Notes under the pieces: generated by a model
What the model was told of the DNA's origin: nothing
The model's input: only the letters and a program-made list of their open reading frames with translations
Databases searched by the model: none
Translations under genes and position numbers: made by a program
In this document: in pieces, positions 1-6,068 of the stretch
Numbering within the stretch: position 1 is the stretch's first letter
How the letters are laid out: each line of letters begins with the position of its first letter
Assembly: GCA_947447265.1 (NCBI GenBank)
Contig: CANFKC010000008.1
Coordinates: forward strand, 68,081-92,080
DNA from: Chitinophagaceae bacterium
GTDB taxonomy: Bacteria; Bacteroidota; Bacteroidia; Chitinophagales; Chitinophagaceae
Reading direction: 5' to 3'
Length of the DNA stretch: 24,000 bases

Positions 1-28
1 TTGTGCCCGTATATAACCAGCTTTGACA

Positions 29-189
29 CTTTTTCAGAATGTTGTCAAATCGAGGCTGGTATCAACCGCTTTGACAACTCTTCGGAATGTTTCAAAGCTA
101 CCTGCAGCAACCTTGAGTTTTGTACTGGTGAAATCTTTGTGTATCAGGCATATAAAACGGTTTCTTTTGTTTGGTGTATTAACGCGGGG
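29..189. repeat. Copy A of a ~160-bp structured noncoding direct repeat
   Basis: By-eye alignment to 290-454 gives about 90% identity with roughly 15 differences including 2 small indels. Contains GTTGTCAAA (41-49) and TTTGACAAC (70-78) inverted repeats plus a third partly complementary arm at 88-97. The ORFs called here on both strands look spurious. Confidence 0.85.
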
Positions 190-252
190 GTGCAGACCCA
201 TCACCCCTGGTTTTTCGCAAGCGAAAAGCCGTCCCCTCTTTGGCAAGAGGGG
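186..252 (+). other. Three back-to-back GC-rich stem-loops located only between repeat copies A and B
   Basis: H1 is GGGGTG/CACCCC (187-192 / 202-207). H2 is GGTTTTTCGC/GCGAAAAGCC (209-230), with one T-G pair that is a legal wobble only if read as plus-strand RNA. H3 is CCCCTCTT/AAGAGGGG (233-240 / 245-252). There is no equivalent block after copy B. Confidence 0.6.
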
Positions 253-289
253 AGTTACCACCAAATGTGTGTAGACTATATTGGCTAAG

Positions 290-454
290 CTTTTTCAGAG
301 TGTTGTCAGATCGAAGCTTGTATCAACCGCTTAGACAACTCTTCGGAGAGTTGTCAAAGCTACCCGCAGCAACCTTGTGTTTTGTACTGGTTTCAAATCT
401 TTGTATATCAGGCATATAAAACGGTTTCTTTTTGTTTGGTGTATTAACGTGGGG
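290..454. repeat. Copy B of the ~160-bp structured noncoding direct repeat
   Basis: Same unit as 29-189, offset by 261 bp. Contains a perfect 9-bp hairpin GACAACTCT-tcgg-AGAGTTGTC (334-355). An upstream GTTGTC (302-307) competes for the same GACAAC arm. Confidence 0.85.
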
Positions 455-523
455 CTATTTTCTGCACTTTCTTATATTGTATGCTGTAAAATATTTATTT
501 GTTAATAAAATGTGGCCTTTTTT

Positions 524-554
524 GACCGTTCGTGAACTTTTTCGACCGTTCGTG
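524..554. repeat. Two exact copies of GACCGTTCGTG phased 20 bp apart, each flanked by T-runs
   Basis: Exact 11-mers at 524-534 and 544-554. The context is cttttttGACCGTTCGTGaactttttcGACCGTTCGTGcctttttt. Confidence 0.8.
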
Positions 555-660
555 CCTTTTTTCTTGTTTTTACAGGTATTTATACCTATCTTAGATGTGG
601 AATATACCTGACAAATCCCCTCCTGTTTACAATAAGCCCCTTTTTTTGTTAACTTATCGG

Positions 661-693
661 TAACATGTTAAAAATATTTTGCCAAAATATTTT
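661..693. promoter_or_regulatory. Three consecutive perfect 10-bp palindromes, a candidate operator region
   Basis: TAACATGTTA (661-670), AAAATATTTT (671-680) and AAAATATTTT (684-693). The last one overlaps the -33 TTTG of the promoter below. AGGTAT-tt-ATACCT (574-587) lies further upstream. Confidence 0.4.
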
Positions 694-721
694 GTTATTT
701 AGTTGTTAAGCAGTATGTTTG
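691..721 (+). promoter_or_regulatory. Bacteroidota-type sigma-A promoter for the 764-1219 ORF
   Basis: TTTG at 691-694, a 19-nt spacer, then TATGTTTG at 714-721. This is a perfect match to TTTG-N19-TAnnTTTG and sits about 43 nt upstream of the ATG. Confidence 0.65.
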
Positions 722-763
722 CACAAGTAAAAACACATCCACACACACTTTAAACTTCTTTTT

Positions 764-1219
764 ATGATCAACGAGCTAATCAAAACACCAAAGCAGGTTA
801 AGACACTTGTGAAAAAGAGTGCGGTTACAGATTGCGTTGTTGCACAGCCCTTCCATTATGCCAAAGGAAGTGTCGAAGAGCTTGTTTTCAGCAGGATATC
901 TTTTTGCGAGGAATTCTCATTGAAGTCGTTAATGAACAACAGGCTCATTATACTTGAAGATTGTGTTTTTCACAAGGCAGTGCACCTCGATTGCATTAAG
1001 AACGTAAAAATCATTATCCGCAATTGTCATTTCAAAGACAACCTGAATATTAAGAACCTGGAAAGCGGAATGGTGGAATTATATGGCACTAGCCACAACC
1101 AGGATGCTGTATTATCAAACATAAAGGTAGATACCTTTTTTACCTCTGATATTGCCATGAAAAGGCAGAATATGCTACACCTCGTGAATTCCAATGTTTC
1201 TAATTTTGTAAGGCACTAA
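764..1219 (+). CDS. Orphan hypothetical protein (151 aa) with ~21-22-residue periodicity, possibly beta-solenoid or LRR-like
   Basis: ATG-initiated ORF directly behind a canonical promoter, with AT-rich composition unlike its neighbours. The segments RLIILEDCVFHKAVHLDCIKN / VKIIIRNCHFKDNLNIKNLESG / MVELYGTSHNQDAVLSNIKVD / TFFTSDIAMKRQNMLHLVNSN show a recurring pattern. I recognise no family. Confidence 0.6.
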   Translation: MINELIKTPKQVKTLVKKSAVTDCVVAQPFHYAKGSVEELVFSRISFCEEFSLKSLMNNRLIILEDCVFHKAVHLDCIKNVKIIIRNCHFKDNLNIKNLESGMVELYGTSHNQDAVLSNIKVDTFFTSDIAMKRQNMLHLVNSNVSNFVRH

Positions 1220-1294
1220 ACACCACCAATAGCAATGCTGCCAGCTATTTTAGCTGATTTACTTTCTTTTGTAGTAGTAATTGCTTTTACTTAG

Positions 1295-1302
1295 TAATTT
1301 TG
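1295..1302 (+). promoter_or_regulatory. Candidate -7 box (TAATTTTG) for the methyltransferase gene
   Basis: Perfect TAnnTTTG 48 nt upstream of the ATG at 1350. The nearest TTTG (1268-1271) is 23 nt away, which is longer than ideal spacing. Confidence 0.4.
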
Positions 1303-1349
1303 GGGCTCAAATCTTACCATTGACAGATTCAGGCCAGGATAAACAAAAC

Positions 1350-2276
1350 ATGTTTCAAAATCGTTTGCTTAAAGTGTGGAAGCATTTTAGCAAGCTTGCG
1401 CGCAGACAGGAAATAGCCTGCTTCAGGTTCTATGACCATGATCTGCCGGAATTTCCTTTTGCTATTGAATGGCTGGATGGTGCGGTACACGCTGCGGAAT
1501 ACAAGCGCAGGCATGGTATGGAAGACGAAGAGCATGCCGTTTGGCTGGATGCCTGCAAGGCGACCATTTGTACTGTTCTGGAAGTAGACCCGTCTGTAAT
1601 TTTCATGAAGATACGCCAGCGCAAAGCAGGCAGGCTGGGGCAATACGAAAAATTTGATGAGCTGCGCACGGAGAAAATAGTATCGGAGGGCGGCCTCAAT
1701 TTCATACTCAATCTTACTGATTATCTGGATACAGGTTTATTTCTTGACCACCGCATTACCCGCGGACTTGTAAAAAGTGAATCGAAGAATAAAAATGTGC
1801 TTAACCTGTTCTGCTATACGGGTTCTTTCAGTGTATATGCTGCAAGTGGTGGTGCGGCAACGGTAACATCTGTCGACCTTTCCAAAACATACATTAACTG
1901 GGCGAAGCGCAATATGCAGTATAACAAACTGTATAAAGATACGCAGCACGATTTTATTAACGCTGATGTAATAGAGTGGCTCGATTATATGCCCACCGAT
2001 AATTATGACATCATTGTTTGCGACCCACCAACATTCTCCAATAGCAAGCGCATGGAAGAGAATTTTGACGTGCAGCGCGACCATGTTATGCTCATAAAAA
2101 AGCTATTAAAGGGCTGCACCGAAACCGGCAGAATTTACTTCAGTACCAACCTGCGTAATTTTGTACTCGATAGGGATGCTATACCGGCCACCATTGTAAA
2201 AGATATTACTGCTCAAACCACTCCATTTGATTTTCAAGGAAAGCTTCATAGGAAGTGTTTTATCATTGAAAAGTAA
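1350..2276 (+). CDS. Class I SAM-dependent rRNA methyltransferase, homologous to the RlmK (m7G2069) C-terminal domain of E. coli RlmKL
   Basis: Carries LNLFCYTGSFSVYAASGGA...VDLSKTY (SAM-binding motif) and CDPPTFSNSKRMEENFDVQRDH, closely matching the RlmKL C-terminal half as I recall it. I moved the start to the ATG at 1350 (MFQNRLL...) because the track's TTG at 1281 precedes the candidate promoter. Confidence 0.85.
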   Translation: MFQNRLLKVWKHFSKLARRQEIACFRFYDHDLPEFPFAIEWLDGAVHAAEYKRRHGMEDEEHAVWLDACKATICTVLEVDPSVIFMKIRQRKAGRLGQYEKFDELRTEKIVSEGGLNFILNLTDYLDTGLFLDHRITRGLVKSESKNKNVLNLFCYTGSFSVYAASGGAATVTSVDLSKTYINWAKRNMQYNKLYKDTQHDFINADVIEWLDYMPTDNYDIIVCDPPTFSNSKRMEENFDVQRDHVMLIKKLLKGCTETGRIYFSTNLRNFVLDRDAIPATIVKDITAQTTPFDFQGKLHRKCFIIEK

Positions 2277-2345
2277 GCATGTTTGCTAATGCAGCAAAGG
2301 GCCTTACGACGAACCATCACCAAAATTATTTTCACGTTTTACGTA

Positions 2346-2368
2346 GGGACGCAAAATCTTGCGTCTCC
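2346..2368. repeat. GGGACGCAAaatcTTGCGTCTCC hairpin element
   Basis: A 9-bp stem (one G-T pair) with a 4-nt loop in a convergent intergenic spacer. I recall similar GACGCAA..TTGCGTC hairpins from other Bacteroidota intergenic regions, but this is not verifiable here. Confidence 0.55.
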
Positions 2369-2469
2369 ACATGTTTGGGTCTGTTTATCGCTGGATAAAT
2401 TAATAAAATTGATAGCAGTCTATTATTATACCATTTCGATATTAAAAAAACGGTATACATCTCGTTGAC

Positions 2470-2510
2470 TTAGCGCCTTCTTTGCGAACACTCCGCGCTC
2501 TTTGCGTTTA
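2470..2510. repeat. Short tandem direct repeat GCGCC(T)TCTTTGCG
   Basis: GCGCCTTCTTTGCG (2473-2486) and GCGCTCTTTGCG (2495-2506) are 22 bp apart in the same noncoding spacer. Confidence 0.5.
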
Positions 2511-2640
2511 AATCGACATGCCGAAATTTTCCGTCTAATTGGTATTACTTATTGATATCACGCGCGGGAAATAACAGTGTTATTTTATTCTCGCGGTAAA
2601 GAAGGGCTCGATAGCAGCAACAGCAATTTTTAAGAGTTCG

Positions 2641-4401
2641 CTAATCAAATAGCTCTTCTTTATTCTTTGGACGGCGGTCCTGCTGCCACTTAAAACGGCT
2701 GAGTTTGGTGTTGGGTAAGTCGGCCTTTTCCAATGGCGTCAGCACCTGGTGTGTATCGGTTTGCAGCCTTATTTTCTTAATTTTTTGGTCGCCGAAAACA
2801 ATATGTATTTTATCACTTTTGGCTTGCACTACGCCAATAAATGCATTGTTATCATCTTTAGAATAATATATGGCTTCAGCATCAGGGTACACCACCATAT
2901 TTTCAATGGCGTTATTTTTAAAACTTCCTTTCAGTATTTTACCCTGCACCTGGTCATAAAGTTGGGCTTTCTCAGGTCCGGCAAGCGAAACAATAAAAGT
3001 GTTATTGGGCACATAAATACTCCTGATACGGTTACTGTCCAGTTGCATAAGTATGGTATCTCCAGTTATCTGGCTGTTACGCGCCCATGCAACCGGGCTA
3101 TACATCAAGCGTACCATGGAGTCGGATTGTGAGTAGCTAATGCTGTCGCAAACCGCCTGCATAGAATCAGAATAAATGCGCACATGGTGGTAACCTGTAA
3201 AGTATATCGGCGCAGTAGTATCAGCTAGTGTAGTATCGCTGAGTACCAGGTTAGGTGCGCTTATGCCATTGTTCTTCTTCTTTTCCTTTTTCTTCTTTTT
3301 GTCTGTATTTGCCGGAGTAATTGCATCTTTAGCTACCAGGTGGGTATCTGCTTTGGCGACTACCTTCATTGCAGCTTCCATTTGCTGTTTTAATGCAACG
3401 GCCATCTTGAAGCTGCTGTCTTTCTTTATTTTAATTTCCGGCGCCGAATAGAAGGTATCAGCGCGCATAAAAAAGGTATCGGTATTCTTTATCTGCATCA
3501 TTACCGGTTTTACTGTTGCCAGCAATACCCGTTTCTTCTGGTTATAAACAGCCTTGCCGCAATAAAGGGTTGACTGGTGCGCAGTATCCCAGGCTATAAC
3601 GTTACCATAGGCATATCCGTAGCCCGAAGCCCGGTTAAAATAAAGCGTATCGCCTTCTATGTACTGGCCATCGTACCAAATTGTGGAATGCGTATAAAAA
3701 TAGGCAAGCCCTGCATGGCTATCGTAAGAGCCGCCTGATGTTTTTATTTGTGTTTTACCGCTATCGCCTTTTACCACAGACTTTGCGAAGAAGCGCGTGA
3801 GTTTAGATTCTGTATTATAACCCATGTCTTCTGACTCGGTATAGTAGTGCGGGTCAGTAACAGTTACATGCCCAGTAAACCGGGCTTCCTTGCTTTTTAC
3901 ATTGTATTCGCCACGGTAGCTGGTAACAGTTGTAGAATCAGCTTTTAGTGTTCCAGAATTATCATACACCCCGAATTTCGTGCCGAGATTGTAAGACATG
4001 TTATCGCAGATAAGTATGTTTTTACCGTCAGTTAACGATACATTGCCGCGCATATAGGCCATTTTCTGGGCAGATACATATTTAAGGTAGTTGCTGGTAG
4101 CCTGAGTTCCACCTGCTTGAACCACTCGTACATTGCTGAATGCCTCAATGGTATTATTGGTTATGTTTTGGTAGAGGCTATCGCAATAAAGGGTGTCAGT
4201 GCCCTGGTAAAAAACGGCACTGTCAATAAATTTATTAATTTGCCCGGAGTCGGTCTGAATGTGAATGAACTCCTTAGCCGATGGGTAAACGGTCATTTTA
4301 TCGCCGGTATCGGCTTTCTGGCCAAAACTTTTAGTTACCGTGCTTATGAACAGTAATATAAGGCAAAGCCTTGCTATGGTATGGTACCGACGGTGCTGCA
4401 A
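2641..4401 (-). CDS. OstA/LptD-N-terminal-like (OstA_2 repeat) periplasmic protein with signal peptide and a lysine-rich linker
   Basis: 586 aa with an N-terminal hydrophobic signal (LCLILLFISTVTKSFG). Repeated beta-jellyroll-like segments are typical of Bacteroidota OstA-like proteins, and the gene sits downstream of mlaD. A KKKKKEKKK tract splits the protein into two halves. Confidence 0.65.
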   Translation of the reverse strand: MQHRRYHTIARLCLILLFISTVTKSFGQKADTGDKMTVYPSAKEFIHIQTDSGQINKFIDSAVFYQGTDTLYCDSLYQNITNNTIEAFSNVRVVQAGGTQATSNYLKYVSAQKMAYMRGNVSLTDGKNILICDNMSYNLGTKFGVYDNSGTLKADSTTVTSYRGEYNVKSKEARFTGHVTVTDPHYYTESEDMGYNTESKLTRFFAKSVVKGDSGKTQIKTSGGSYDSHAGLAYFYTHSTIWYDGQYIEGDTLYFNRASGYGYAYGNVIAWDTAHQSTLYCGKAVYNQKKRVLLATVKPVMMQIKNTDTFFMRADTFYSAPEIKIKKDSSFKMAVALKQQMEAAMKVVAKADTHLVAKDAITPANTDKKKKKEKKKNNGISAPNLVLSDTTLADTTAPIYFTGYHHVRIYSDSMQAVCDSISYSQSDSMVRLMYSPVAWARNSQITGDTILMQLDSNRIRSIYVPNNTFIVSLAGPEKAQLYDQVQGKILKGSFKNNAIENMVVYPDAEAIYYSKDDNNAFIGVVQAKSDKIHIVFGDQKIKKIRLQTDTHQVLTPLEKADLPNTKLSRFKWQQDRRPKNKEELFD

Positions 4402-4431
4402 TTTTGAATAAGGGATCGTTTTACGGGAACA

Positions 4432-5376
4432 CTATTTTTTCTTCTTACCGAACACACTGATGTTCACGTACTTTGAAGGGTGTTCTTTAAGATCGGCCAG
4501 TAAATTGTCGAGCGATTTTAAGGAACTGTTCATATTGTTGTAGAGGCCTTTATCGTTTACCAACAAGCCCAATGACCCGTCTTTGTTGTTAATCTTGGTC
4601 ATGATACCCTGCAACTGAGTTACAGAACCCTGCAGGTCAGCAAATGTCTTCTGAATATTGGCATGTGCCAGCTGCCCGGAAACATTATTCAGGTTCGACA
4701 ATAAATGGGTAATGGTATCATTATTCTTAGCAAGGGAAGTAGTAAAGCTATTGGTGTTGTGCATGATGCTCTTGATCTCGCCATTTTCTGCAGCCAGGGT
4801 TTTACTGAGAATCGATAAGTTTTCCGCCGTAGCATTGATTGATTTTAAGGTAGCTGTAATAGCTGCGCGGTTATCAGCATTGGTAATCAGGTTAACTCCG
4901 GCTATAACGGTATCAAGCGCCTCTACAGTTTTACGCAGTCCCTTCATGAGTGGTGATATCTGATCACTCATATTGTCCATCAGGCTGGTTTCTTCTGATG
5001 TAGGTAATACGCTTTCGGCAGGGTAGTAGTCGGTTCCGGCTGCCATATCTAACCGTATCATTTTGGTGCCCAGCAAACCTTCGGAAGTAATAACTGCAAC
5101 CGTGCCTCTAGGTATCGGGGTGCTTTTTTGCACGGTCATCGTCACTTTTACGCCCTTGTTTCCTTCAAGTTCAAGCGCAGTAACCATGCCTACGTGCAAG
5201 CCTCTTACTTCTACGTTAGCGGCAGAAATAAGGCCATCTACTGCAGGGTAGTAGCAATAGTAAGTTTTGGTATTCGAAAAAACGTCAGCGCCTTTAAGAA
5301 AATAAAACCCGATAAATAATATAATGAGTGAGACTGCAGCAAGTAGCCCGGTTCTCACTTCTTTCGAAATACGCAT
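4432..5376 (-). CDS. mlaD: MlaD/MCE family protein
   Basis: N-terminal TM helix followed by an MCE fold signature (FYFLKG...YYCYY..VDGL..ANVEVRGLHVGMVTALEL) and a long coiled C-terminal region. Confidence 0.8.
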   Translation of the reverse strand: MRISKEVRTGLLAAVSLIILFIGFYFLKGADVFSNTKTYYCYYPAVDGLISAANVEVRGLHVGMVTALELEGNKGVKVTMTVQKSTPIPRGTVAVITSEGLLGTKMIRLDMAAGTDYYPAESVLPTSEETSLMDNMSDQISPLMKGLRKTVEALDTVIAGVNLITNADNRAAITATLKSINATAENLSILSKTLAAENGEIKSIMHNTNSFTTSLAKNNDTITHLLSNLNNVSGQLAHANIQKTFADLQGSVTQLQGIMTKINNKDGSLGLLVNDKGLYNNMNSSLKSLDNLLADLKEHPSKYVNISVFGKKKK

Positions 5377-5394
5377 AAATTACTTTAAGTGGCA

Positions 5395-5402
5395 CAAAAA
5401 TA
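5395..5402 (-). promoter_or_regulatory. Candidate -7 box (TATTTTTG on the minus strand) for mlaD
   Basis: Plus-strand CAAAAATA at 5395-5402 equals TAnnTTTG on the minus strand, 19 nt upstream of the mlaD ATG. I saw no clear -33 element. Confidence 0.35.
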
Positions 5403-5519
5403 ACGCCATTAGGATTATAAACCGACGAGAGATAAAAAATGATGTTAATGTAATGATAAATAAACCATTATTTGTTACAAAAATGGCGGTCGGCAGACAT
5501 AATGAGGCAATAGGAAAGC

Positions 5520-5768
5520 TTAAGCTGTGATGGTCACCCATATTTTATCAGCATCCTTCTTCCGCAGGCTTAGGTAATATCCTGCTATCTGGATAGCCAG
5601 CGGGTCGCCCATTGGCGCTATCATTTCCACCCAGATAGGTTCGCCGGGTATACAGCCCATTTCCATTAAAGTAAGCTGAAAATCACTTTCATCATGCCTT
5701 GCTATTACCGCCCTGGTGCCTGCCGTTAACTGTGATAAACGAATCACTTTCCCTTCCTCTAATGTCAT
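5520..5768 (-). CDS. feoA: FeoA-domain protein (82 aa)
   Basis: LSQLTAGTRAVIA...LMEMGCIPGEPIWVEMIAPMGDPLAIQIAGYYLSLRKKDADKIWV fits the FeoA SH3-like domain. I chose the start at MTLEEG (5768); the upstream extension in the track looks non-native. Confidence 0.75.
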   Translation of the reverse strand: MTLEEGKVIRLSQLTAGTRAVIARHDESDFQLTLMEMGCIPGEPIWVEMIAPMGDPLAIQIAGYYLSLRKKDADKIWVTITA

Positions 5769-6068
5769 TAGTGCAAAGTTAGGGAAGTTGTTGTAGATGA
5801 GAGGGTAGAGAGGCATGCACATCAGCAGCAAATGCGTTAAAGTTTGACGCTGGCTGTTAAAAATTCAGAGCGGTAGTATGATTGTAGGCAATTATACCTA
5901 CAAGGGTAAGACAGAAAAGCTCTGGGTATTGAAAACGGATAGTGATTTGAAAAATGGTTTGTCAGGAATTTCAAGGGCCGCGACAGAGCGCATTGTTAAT
6001 AGCGCACTCTACTAAAAAAGTGCTCTTTTTCTCACTCCTAAGCTTTTATACTTAATTTCACGCCCGGT

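Noticed and set aside
180-262. A tRNA or tmRNA-like gene in the three-hairpin block
   Set aside because: The three hairpins are consecutive with no enclosing acceptor stem, and there is no GTTCRA T-loop or anticodon-arm geometry. A window-wide look for T-loop-like strings found none in a tRNA context.
1-288. Three overlapping ORFs (95, 83 and 76 aa on both strands) across the first repeat and hairpin block
   Set aside because: They overlap each other on both strands and run through a noncoding-looking repeat whose second copy does not preserve any of the frames. They have no promoter context, so I treat them as spurious.
29-454. A diversity-generating retroelement template/variable repeat pair
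   Set aside because: The ~15 differences between the copies are a mix of all substitution types and indels, not adenine-specific. No reverse transcriptase gene is nearby and the repeats are not inside a target gene.
29-454. A CRISPR or CRISPR-like array
   Set aside because: There are only two copies, the repeat length (~160 bp) is far outside CRISPR range, the copies are imperfect, and no cas genes lie in the window.
524-1219. A type III toxin-antitoxin (ToxIN-like) locus, with tandem RNA repeats upstream of a ~150-aa toxin
   Set aside because: There are only two 11-nt core repeats, and the best promoter lies downstream of them, so they would not be in the transcript. The ORF shows no resemblance to ToxN/AbiQ-type sequences as I remember them.
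2283-2468. A 61-aa ORF in the convergent spacer
   Set aside because: It is composed largely of the hairpin and repeat elements, has a low-complexity, odd composition, and has no promoter.
5832-6068. An FMN (RFN) riboswitch upstream of ribD
   Set aside because: The conserved RFN core strings (e.g. ..ACCGGCGGT.., ..CCGACAGT..AGTCTGGATG..) are absent. Only a vague CCGCGACAGAG resemblance exists.
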